Sequence record: HM035025
Direction: 5' to 3' (one strand)
Origin: Shigella phage Shfl2
Length of the DNA stretch: 64,000 nt
In this document: positions 30,647 to 40,750 of the stretch, piece by piece
Layout: each line of letters opens with the position of its first letter
How positions within the stretch are numbered: the stretch's first letter is position 1
The notes under the pieces: model-generated
Seen by the model: the letters and a program-made list of their open reading frames with translations, nothing else
The model's database searches: none
Told to the model about the DNA's origin: nothing
Translations under genes and position numbers: made by a program

Positions 30647-30655
30647 AAAGTAAAC
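30627..30655 (-). promoter_or_regulatory. Early promoter (GTTTAC - 17 nt - TATTAT)
   Basis: Minus strand GTTTAC at 30650-30655, TATTAT at 30627-30632. Confidence 0.6.
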
Positions 30656-30657
30656 AA

Positions 30658-30990
30658 TTATTTTACTACTTTCCAATGCTTCATGTCAAGTTTACCAACT
30701 TTTTTCATCTTCTCAATTAAGCGTTCGGCACGTTGGCGAGCTGTAACATAATACCATTCACCTAATTCATTTTGTTCAATTTTTCCAACGATTACTGTAT
30801 TCAATTCATAAATCCAACCGGTAAAGAAATTATGAACTTGAATTGTAAAGGTGAAATCTGTTCCCATACCTTCTGTTGTTTCTACTTCAATAATATCACC
30901 TTCAACTGCCATTAAGAACCACATAGTTTCATCATATGCACCGTTGAAGCATTTAGTTTTAACCGCAGCGTTCAGATTAATCGTTTTCAT
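30658..30990 (-). CDS. Hypothetical protein
   Basis: 110-aa ORF preceded by early promoter. Confidence 0.55.
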   Translation of the reverse strand: MKTINLNAAVKTKCFNGAYDETMWFLMAVEGDIIEVETTEGMGTDFTFTIQVHNFFTGWIYELNTVIVGKIEQNELGEWYYVTARQRAERLIEKMKKVGKLDMKHWKVVK

Positions 30991-31017
30991 TTTATTCTCC
31001 TTTGTTTGTGTAAGATA

Positions 31018-31047
31018 ATACTATCACAAAGGAGCTATACTGTAAAC
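31018..31047 (-). promoter_or_regulatory. Early promoter (GTTTAC - 18 nt - TGaTAGTAT)
   Basis: Minus-strand match upstream of ORF starting at 30990. Confidence 0.55.
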
Positions 31048-31065
31048 AACTTTATGCAATCTTTG

Positions 31066-31096
31066 GAAAATAAAAAAGGACTCCCGAAGGAGTCCT
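31066..31096 (-). terminator. Rho-independent terminator
   Basis: AGGACUCC-UUCG-GGAGUCCU hairpin followed on minus strand by UUUUUAUUUU. Confidence 0.75.
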
Positions 31097-31100
31097 CAAC

Positions 31101-31277
31101 TTATGCTTTCTGCTTACCAAAACGAGAAGCATCATCTCGAAGAACCGCACGTGCTCGGCGCATGATCTTCTCAACAGTTTGATTGATACGAGAGTTCGAC
31201 CCACGCTTGTAGCCAGCGCGTTTAGAATCACCAACTTTCTTTTCAACTGCTTTCTTTGCTTTAACTTGTTTTGCCAT
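31101..31277 (-). CDS. Small highly basic protein (58 aa)
   Basis: MAKQVKAKKAVEKKVGDSKRAGYKRGSNSRINQ..., Lys/Arg-rich; start chosen at the second in-frame ATG (track ORF extends to 31319). Confidence 0.4.
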   Translation of the reverse strand: MAKQVKAKKAVEKKVGDSKRAGYKRGSNSRINQTVEKIMRRARAVLRDDASRFGKQKA

Positions 31278-31522
31278 TATAAATTCTCTTTTAAATGAAA
31301 ATGCAGGACTTATTGGCATTGCCTGCGCAAGCCCTCAAGGGGAACATAGGTTTTTGGGTATTTAACGACCAGGATAACCATAAACCCGTCATCATTCACA
31401 TTCAAGAGGTACACCATAAAACTGCCGGGGTCTTAAAACTATAATGATTCGTAAATCATTAATCAGACAGTTCGATGGCTCCTCGATTTTAGCTCACACT
31501 AAGGCAGTGAATCTCCAATAAA

Positions 31523-31771
31523 TTACTTCAATGTTACCACAAAGTGACGAACTGCTTTTCGTGCAGCAGAAGCCAAAGGCTTAGCATATTTAAGTTCATC
31601 TTTTTCCTGAAGCTCAGCAGCTAATGCAGTTTGAGCAGGATTCAGATGTTTGAAATAACGCAGGATTTCAAGAGCTTCGGCTTCAACATCAATAGATGCG
31701 CCATAGTTTTCGTGACCATTATTCCATGCGTTTCGTTGCAGTTCAAGAGCGTGTTGTAATTGTTTAATCAT
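31523..31771 (-). CDS. rIII: rIII lysis inhibition accessory protein
   Basis: 82 aa, same length and position (upstream of gene 31) as T4 rIII. Confidence 0.8.
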   Translation of the reverse strand: MIKQLQHALELQRNAWNNGHENYGASIDVEAEALEILRYFKHLNPAQTALAAELQEKDELKYAKPLASAARKAVRHFVVTLK

Positions 31772-31910
31772 TTAAAAATTCTCGTTAGAGATTAAAACCC
31801 GGTAGTCACGTTCTTCTGAATTTCATCTTCTTTCGACAGATCTCTCAGTTGTAGACTACCACATAGAATTGTTCGGTTAACTTATTATTCCGACACCCAA
31901 TTCATATTAT

Positions 31911-31918
31911 TATTTATA
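31911..31918 (-). promoter_or_regulatory. Late promoter (minus strand) upstream of rIII
   Basis: Plus tatttata; 139-nt leader to rIII ATG. Confidence 0.5.
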
Positions 31919-32254
31919 TCACTTATAAAGACACGGAATAGCTTTATAGTGACAGGTAACAAATTTTTGTTTAATTTCCTTTGGCTGCTTAAGACCCAGA
32001 GCTACAAAAGGATGCGGAACGTTTCGAATTTGACCAACTGGAAGAGAAGTCAAATCACCAACTTCGCAGAAACCTTCAGGAACATCAGGACCAACAGAGT
32101 GAACTACACACAGTTCAGGAACTTCACCTTGGACACGTTTACCAATAATAAGTCCTGATTCTGTAACTTCTTCATCACCGGCTTGCGCAGGTTCAGAAAC
32201 TAAAATAACATATTCACCGACAGCACGAATTGGTAGCTGTTGTACTTCAGACAT
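31919..32254 (-). CDS. 31: Co-chaperonin gp31 (GroES analogue)
   Basis: 111 aa, same length as T4 gp31. Confidence 0.9.
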
Positions 32255-32284
32255 CGTTTTTCCTTTTTGTTAACAGATGAATTA

Positions 32285-32309
32285 ATAATAACAAATAATT
32301 CTTAAAGCA
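32285..32309 (-). promoter_or_regulatory. MotA-dependent middle promoter for gene 31
   Basis: Minus strand aaTGCTTTA - 12 nt - TATTAT. Confidence 0.55.
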
Positions 32310-32310
32310 T

Positions 32311-32619
32311 TTATTTACCAATAAATTGGAGCAAATGCTCAACTTTCATACCATTAACGGAAATCAATTTGTCAATAGAAAAACCTCGCCATGCACCAAG
32401 CTCAACATCAAATACTGGAATCATGTCAGTAGATTCTTTCCGAGTAGATTCAGTCAATTTACCAGTTTGCATGGTTGGCATAAAGTCTGCATCACGAGTA
32501 CCTTTCATAGTACGAATAGTACCATCAGACTTTTCAAAAACTACGTTTGAAATACCCATGGACAATTTAGTTTTCAAAATTTCACGAATTGCTACTTTCT
32601 GTTCAGTTGTCAGTTTCAT
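32311..32619 (-). CDS. Hypothetical protein (T4 31.1 position)
   Basis: 102-aa ORF. Confidence 0.55.
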   Translation of the reverse strand: MKLTTEQKVAIREILKTKLSMGISNVVFEKSDGTIRTMKGTRDADFMPTMQTGKLTESTRKESTDMIPVFDVELGAWRGFSIDKLISVNGMKVEHLLQFIGK

Positions 32620-32856
32620 TTATTTACCTATTACAGTTTTAATATGAGTTGTTCCACGTTCTTTAAGAGTGGAAAGCAACTTTTGGCATTTTTCTAAATC
32701 AGATTTCCAACTATACGGCCTATCAATACAAACCCATTCTGACTTATAATACTGTTTCCATTTAGAGAAAAAATATTTCTTATACTCTACAGCAAATGAA
32801 ATGTTCTCGTTAGAATAAGAACTAATTGCTGTGAGCTGTACCAAACGAAATTTCAT
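32620..32856 (-). CDS. Hypothetical protein (T4 31.2 position)
   Basis: 78-aa ORF. Confidence 0.5.
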   Translation of the reverse strand: MKFRLVQLTAISSYSNENISFAVEYKKYFFSKWKQYYKSEWVCIDRPYSWKSDLEKCQKLLSTLKERGTTHIKTVIGK

Positions 32857-33437
32857 TATTCACCACAGAATTCGTTGATATTTTCCCAATTTAACTTATT
32901 CAAGTTTTTCTTAGGAACATTAAACACTTCAATACCCGCATTTCGCAGAATATCATCCCAGCCAGGTTTATTTTTATCGTATGTTTCGCAATAAACCAGC
33001 TTTTTAATTCCAGATTGAGCTATCGCTTTTGCACAATCTGGGCAAGGAGAAAGTGTTACATACATAGTAGCACCTTCAATTGAAGAACCATTTCGCGCAG
33101 CAAACAAAATCGCATTTAGTTCAGCATGAATTTCATTTTTAGACGACCATTCAGAGTGAGCATTACGATGTTCTTTCGCCAAGACAAAACGATCAGTTGA
33201 ACCAAATGATACACATTCAGGCTTATGACCTTGAATGATAGTATGTTTAGGCTTATTCAGCAACCAACCTTGCTCAGCAGCATAATCGCAGCAATTCACA
33301 CCCCCGGCAGGTGAACCATTATATCCGGTAGAAATAATACGTCCATTCTTTTCAATTACCGCTCCTACCTTCCAGGAGCAACATTTTGATTCTTGTGATA
33401 CTAAATATGCAATTTGAAGTACTGTACTCGCTTTCAT
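32856..33437 (-). CDS. cd: dCMP deaminase
   Basis: 193 aa, zinc-binding deaminase motifs HAELNAI and PCPDC, T4 Cd length. Confidence 0.95.
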   Translation of the reverse strand: MKASTVLQIAYLVSQESKCCSWKVGAVIEKNGRIISTGYNGSPAGGVNCCDYAAEQGWLLNKPKHTIIQGHKPECVSFGSTDRFVLAKEHRNAHSEWSSKNEIHAELNAILFAARNGSSIEGATMYVTLSPCPDCAKAIAQSGIKKLVYCETYDKNKPGWDDILRNAGIEVFNVPKKNLNKLNWENINEFCGE

Positions 33438-33772
33438 TTCATAATCACCAGATAAGCAGATTTAGCAGTTTCAACACGATAAATTTCGTGACGAAGTTTA
33501 GTTATACTTTTAATAACAGAACTAATTATATTCTGCCCATCTTTAAAGCGGTTTTTCTTATCAATAAAAATTGCACCAACCATCTTTTTGTGAAGCTCAA
33601 CCGGATACTTCGTCACAATAATAGCATCATACACAGAAGGATGAATACTATTCACTAGAGTATCATTCATTAAAGTTATTCTAATGAACTGTGCTGTTTC
33701 AGAGTCAAGCGCTCTATGATCACCAGTATCATTTTCAAGACAATTATCAATTATATCAGTTAAATTCATCAT
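33434..33772 (-). CDS. Hypothetical protein
   Basis: 112-aa ORF, overlapping stops/starts. Confidence 0.5.
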   Translation of the reverse strand: MMNLTDIIDNCLENDTGDHRALDSETAQFIRITLMNDTLVNSIHPSVYDAIIVTKYPVELHKKMVGAIFIDKKNRFKDGQNIISSVIKSITKLRHEIYRVETAKSAYLVIMK

Positions 33773-34005
33773 AGTACGCCATACACCCTTTGTGCTTCAA
33801 CTAATCCATCAAAATCCAGTTTAAGATGTGTTATTTGATCACCATCACCTGGATTCACAATTACTAATACTGAACGAGGAGTTTCGGTAATAACACGAAC
33901 CGATGTTTCAGGAAATCGTTCAGAAACCTTATTTACCAATTCCTGAGCAAATAGTTTAACTTTTTCTTGGAATTCTTTAACAGTAATTGGTTTTTCACTT
34001 AGCAT
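33769..34005 (-). CDS. Hypothetical protein
   Basis: 78-aa ORF. Confidence 0.5.
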   Translation of the reverse strand: MLSEKPITVKEFQEKVKLFAQELVNKVSERFPETSVRVITETPRSVLVIVNPGDGDQITHLKLDFDGLVEAQRVYGVL

Positions 34006-34526
34006 GTTGATCCCAGCTCCTTACTTTCAACGTTTTTAACTAATTTGACAGAAACTAATTCGGCATCTTGGGTAATCATTACCGGGCCTTCTTCATACTC
34101 TTCAAGATATTCTAGAGCTTTCTTTTTAGCTTCTTCCTTCGTATCAGTTTGAGCATAGATATAGAACATACAACCAGTAATACCTACTACTTTCCACTTA
34201 ATTTCTTTATCAGTTTTAATTTCAAATTTACTGATAGAGTCATCTTTTTGAACTTCTTCGAAAAAATAATATTCTGACATATAAGTAATTGAAAATAACG
34301 GGCTATCTTTATAAGATTCGCCCATTACATCAACAGCTTTATACCAGCAGTCATCAATTTCACGTTTAATGCTAATAACATTTTTCGCAGAATCTATTTT
34401 TACTTTAAATGAATTTTCCCCAATAAACTTGACAATTCGTTTATTAGCCCCGCAAGTTTCATTAAAAATATCTTTATATCCAGCTTTAAAGCGATAAACC
34501 TTATCTTCTTCAAACCATTTGCTCAT
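33999..34526 (-). CDS. Hypothetical protein
   Basis: 175-aa ORF preceded by early promoter. Confidence 0.55.
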   Translation of the reverse strand: MSKWFEEDKVYRFKAGYKDIFNETCGANKRIVKFIGENSFKVKIDSAKNVISIKREIDDCWYKAVDVMGESYKDSPLFSITYMSEYYFFEEVQKDDSISKFEIKTDKEIKWKVVGITGCMFYIYAQTDTKEEAKKKALEYLEEYEEGPVMITQDAELVSVKLVKNVESKELGSTC

Positions 34527-34547
34527 TTCAATTTCCTCATTTGTTTT

Positions 34548-34576
34548 GGTAGAGCTATAATATCACAACTCTACCG
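34548..34576 (-). promoter_or_regulatory. Early promoter (GTTTAC - 17 nt - TATTAT)
   Basis: Minus-strand match in 62-bp intergenic gap. Confidence 0.6.
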
Positions 34577-34588
34577 TAAAGTAAACTG

Positions 34589-34864
34589 TTAAATTGCCTT
34601 GAATTCTGATGTCTGTGATTCAAAACGAATATCGCCTTTGATGACTAGCTCAGCATCAAGACCGAATACGACAATGATATGTGCGGAACCTGGATACAGC
34701 GTAATGGCAATAGAATCAACCTGGTCTGGAAGCAAAGTATTCAATACATGAGTCACTTGAGCATGAATTCGAAGCTCGGCTGCGTTATCAAGCTTTTCAA
34801 ACATATTATTAGCGATAATTTGGCTAAACACTACTTCTACGATTTTAGAATAAGTCGGAAACAT
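34589..34864 (-). CDS. Hypothetical protein
   Basis: 91-aa ORF. Confidence 0.5.
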   Translation of the reverse strand: MFPTYSKIVEVVFSQIIANNMFEKLDNAAELRIHAQVTHVLNTLLPDQVDSIAITLYPGSAHIIVVFGLDAELVIKGDIRFESQTSEFKAI

Positions 34865-34866
34865 AT

Positions 34867-35067
34867 TTACCTCGCATAATTTTCTTCAAGCCAATCAATA
34901 ACATCCAACGCATTATCAAAAGTTGAACCATCTACTTTGTCTTCTGTTTCATAATCAAGAACATCTAAGCCTACTCTTCCATCAACAATAGGCCATAAAC
35001 AAAATAGATATTTCTTTTCTTTTTCAATTTTATCACAAAGACGATAAATCTTTTCTATATTATTCAT
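34867..35067 (-). CDS. Hypothetical acidic protein
   Basis: 66-aa ORF. Confidence 0.5.
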   Translation of the reverse strand: MNNIEKIYRLCDKIEKEKKYLFCLWPIVDGRVGLDVLDYETEDKVDGSTFDNALDVIDWLEENYAR

Positions 35068-35256
35068 AAGTTTTCCATGGTAAAGGCAGTTTAGTTTTCT
35101 TTACTGTTAGTTCAATATCAGGATTCTTTTCTCTTAATTTAAGGCATTCCTCCCAAGCTCTGATTTCACTAGTGAATACACAAAATTGCCCATTACTAGT
35201 ACCGACTAAACCACTATTTACAATAATAATAGCCCAAGTTTCATGATGCCACGCCA

Positions 35257-35257
<1 letters not shown>
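35060..35257 (-). CDS. Hypothetical protein
   Basis: 65-aa ORF, start overlaps pseT stop. Confidence 0.45.
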
Positions 35258-36482
<1,225 letters not shown>

Positions 36483-36485
36483 TTA

Positions 36486-36716
36486 TTATTTCTCAACCAA
36501 TGATTGAATATAATCATGCAGGTCTTTAGATGCTTTACCCCACTTATTTTGGTATTCATTTTTAAGATTAGCCCGAGATTGAGCTAATAAAACATCATTA
36601 GTTGGAGGTAAAGATTCTAACCGTTGAATCTGGCGTCCATAAATCATTGCAGCCATCTCGGATTCATAAATCAATCCTTTGAGATGTTCAAATTGATGCC
36701 ATGAAATCATTTGCAT
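36486..36716 (-). CDS. Hypothetical protein
   Basis: 76-aa ORF. Confidence 0.5.
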   Translation of the reverse strand: MQMISWHQFEHLKGLIYESEMAAMIYGRQIQRLESLPPTNDVLLAQSRANLKNEYQNKWGKASKDLHDYIQSLVEK

Positions 36717-37006
36717 TTATCCTCTTTTAACTCTTGACGATAATAACATATCATAGTTTTCTGATCATGTACATATCGTTTTACATCATTAAGCCAAATG
36801 CGAAATTCCTGGGAATCTTCAAATGGCATACCGACCCAAGCTTTACCATCAATAACTTTAACTTGCCAAGATAGTTTAGCTTCATCATATGACTTTATTT
36901 GTACAGGCCAATTAGGATGAACTGTTTCTTTCTTTACTTCTAGAGGCTTTGTCGAACAACCAACTAGAAGACCAATAGATAATATTACTGCTGATAGTTT
37001 AATCAT
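36707..37006 (-). CDS. pseT.2: Outer-membrane spanin (lipoprotein), Rz1 equivalent
   Basis: 99 aa, signal peptide with lipobox LLVGC (MIKLSAVILSIGLLVGCSTKP), overlaps upstream i-spanin gene. Confidence 0.65.
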   Translation of the reverse strand: MIKLSAVILSIGLLVGCSTKPLEVKKETVHPNWPVQIKSYDEAKLSWQVKVIDGKAWVGMPFEDSQEFRIWLNDVKRYVHDQKTMICYYRQELKEDKCK

Positions 37007-37356
37007 TTAGAAAGGTCCTGGATGTCTTCTGCGAACTTGTTGAAGGAGTTGTTGATTTGTTTTTCAACCAATCCTGGCTTATGAGCCACCACATCCGCCT
37101 TCTTTGCGTCTTTGCGCAGTTTTTCATTTTCACGCTCAATAGCAGCAATTGCCTCACGATTTTTATTATTCATCGCATCAATATAATTATACTGAATTCG
37201 CAAATTATTTAATGCTAAAGCGTTTTCATTGGCCGTTTTTGTAATTTCTACAACAGACGTTTCTAATCTTTCAATTTTATTTTTTAAAATTAAAGAAGTT
37301 CCGCCCAATGCAATTACAATTAATAGCAAGCCTGCTGTCGTATTACTTAATTGCAT
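37003..37356 (-). CDS. pseT.3: Inner-membrane spanin, Rz equivalent
   Basis: 117 aa, N-terminal TM helix (AGLLLIVIALGGTSLIL) then coiled-coil periplasmic domain. Confidence 0.65.
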   Translation of the reverse strand: MQLSNTTAGLLLIVIALGGTSLILKNKIERLETSVVEITKTANENALALNNLRIQYNYIDAMNNKNREAIAAIERENEKLRKDAKKADVVAHKPGLVEKQINNSFNKFAEDIQDLSK

Positions 37357-37853
37357 AAAGTTTTAATAACCTCTATAATATCGTCTTGAGAAAGACCGTT
37401 AATTAAAATATGATGTTCAGCAGGAGATTTAGAAATTTTAAAGCATGCCTCAACATCTTCTGCCATATCTGATGCGCTACGATTTGGATTACTAATTCCA
37501 AGACGATGTTTTCCCGTCAAAGGATTAACGATGATATAGCATTTACAGTTGTTAATATGAACATTAGGTTGAGTTTGATTAATGAACACATCACAATCAT
37601 ATTTCGCAAGCTGATTTTCTAAAAAGACTTTCATCTCCTCAACTGCATCAGGAAGCATATCACGGGCTTGCTCAAGACGACGATTTCGATATTCTTTAAT
37701 GGTCGTTTTCCGCTTGACTTGCTTAGCTAAATCTTTCTTAAGATCGGTGATATATCCAACTCGACGATTTCCTTTAAATACAGAAATCCCATCTGTAGTA
37801 TCACCGTATGCTTCAACGACCATTTCAGTAGTAATAAGCTGTAAATCCATCAT
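37347..37853 (-). CDS. alc: Alc, inhibitor of host transcription
   Basis: 168 aa, position between spanins and rnlA as in T4. Confidence 0.8.
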   Translation of the reverse strand: MMDLQLITTEMVVEAYGDTTDGISVFKGNRRVGYITDLKKDLAKQVKRKTTIKEYRNRRLEQARDMLPDAVEEMKVFLENQLAKYDCDVFINQTQPNVHINNCKCYIIVNPLTGKHRLGISNPNRSASDMAEDVEACFKISKSPAEHHILINGLSQDDIIEVIKTLCN

Positions 37854-37858
37854 AAAGT

Positions 37859-37911
37859 CCTCATGTTATGTCAGTAAGACTACTGTAACACAACACGAGG
37901 GACTTGTAAAC
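37859..37911 (-). repeat. 53-bp early promoter-leader cassette, copy B
   Basis: 50/53 identical to 22005-22057. Confidence 0.8.
37882..37911 (-). promoter_or_regulatory. Early promoter for alc
   Basis: Minus strand GTTTAC - 18 nt - TGtTACAGT; the -35 hexamer abuts the rnlA stop. Confidence 0.6.
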
Positions 37912-37914
37912 AGC

Positions 37915-39502
<1,588 letters not shown>

Positions 39503-39510
39503 AATAAAAT

Positions 39511-39524
39511 GGGCCTTGCGGCCC
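39511..39524 (-). other. Hairpin GGGCC-GCAA-GGCCC between nrdB and denA
   Basis: Perfect 5-bp GC stem followed on minus strand by AUUUUAUU; possible attenuating terminator. Confidence 0.5.
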
Positions 39525-39529
39525 ACTCC

Positions 39530-40699
39530 TTAAAAATATTTTTTAAAACTCATCATAACTTTATCATCAACATCATTATCAATCTGCGCAACAAGGTAAG
39601 ATGACAGTTCTACTTCTTGCGGTGCAGATTGAACATTATCAGAATTAAGATATTCACGAATCCAAGGATACGGATGTTTAACCGGAGCATCAGTAATTGG
39701 GCATGGAAGACCGCACTGTTTCATACGAGATACAGTTAAGTAATCAATAAAGCTCCACATGCTATTTGTATTTAATCCAGGAACATCGCCATCTTTAAAT
39801 AAATGAACTGCCCAGTCTTTTTCTTGACGGTTAACTTCCATGAAAATATCAACTGCTTCTTGTTCACATTCTTGGGCAATTTTAACCCATTCATCACCAT
39901 CAGTGCCAAGTTGAAGTTGACGAATAATATATTGGGTGCCTTTAAGGTGAAGCTGCTCATCACGTGCAATGAACTTCATAATCTTGGCATTACCTTCCAT
40001 GATTTCCATGTTCTTATGGAAGTTAAAGGTACATGCGAAAGATACATAAAAACGAATAGCTTCCAATGCGTTGATTACGTGCAGGCAGAGGTAAAGAGAT
40101 TTCATTAGTGCTCGTTTAGTACATTCAACAACTTTGCCTAACTCTTCTTTACGAAATCCTTCTGATAAAATTCCTTCATAATCTTCAACCGCATTCTGAT
40201 ATTCACGAGTCTTAACTAGAACATCATCGTAATAGCGACCAATGGACTCGGCACGTTTCATAATAGCTTTATCTAATACAATCTCGTCAAATACTTTTGA
40301 CGGATCAGTATAAAGATTTCGCATGATATGAGTATATGAACGACTGTGAATAGTTTCACTAAAAGTCCATGTAGCAACCCATGTATCAAGACTTGGGTCT
40401 GAAATTAACGACATAAGTACAGCAGACGGCGCACGACCCTGAATGCTATCCAAAAGTGATTGATACTTCAGGTTATTAGTAAAAATATCTTGCTGATATT
40501 GAGGAAGCTTGTTAAATTGTGCAGCATCCATCATCAAGTTTACTTCTTCAGGACGCCAGAAAAATGATAATTGCTTTTCGGTTAAATCTTCAAAAACTTT
40601 ATGACGTTGAATATCATAACGCGCAATACCGAGACCTGAACCGAAGAACATAGGTTCTTTTAAAACATCAACTGGATTTGTATTAAAAACTGTGCTCAT
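39530..40699 (-). CDS. nrdB: Ribonucleotide reductase small subunit (intron-less)
   Basis: 389 aa in one uninterrupted frame. Confidence 0.95.
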   Translation of the reverse strand: MSTVFNTNPVDVLKEPMFFGSGLGIARYDIQRHKVFEDLTEKQLSFFWRPEEVNLMMDAAQFNKLPQYQQDIFTNNLKYQSLLDSIQGRAPSAVLMSLISDPSLDTWVATWTFSETIHSRSYTHIMRNLYTDPSKVFDEIVLDKAIMKRAESIGRYYDDVLVKTREYQNAVEDYEGILSEGFRKEELGKVVECTKRALMKSLYLCLHVINALEAIRFYVSFACTFNFHKNMEIMEGNAKIMKFIARDEQLHLKGTQYIIRQLQLGTDGDEWVKIAQECEQEAVDIFMEVNRQEKDWAVHLFKDGDVPGLNTNSMWSFIDYLTVSRMKQCGLPCPITDAPVKHPYPWIREYLNSDNVQSAPQEVELSSYLVAQIDNDVDDKVMMSFKKYF

Positions 40700-40750
40700 A
40701 AATTTTCCGCTTAGTTAATAGATAGTGACTCGTCCGTGAGTCAAATTATA

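Noticed and set aside
31320-31522. Possible tRNA in the long non-coding gap (a gttcgatgg string looks like a T-arm)
   Set aside because: No acceptor stem, anticodon arm or cloverleaf could be built around it by eye; treated as non-coding leader or UTR instead.
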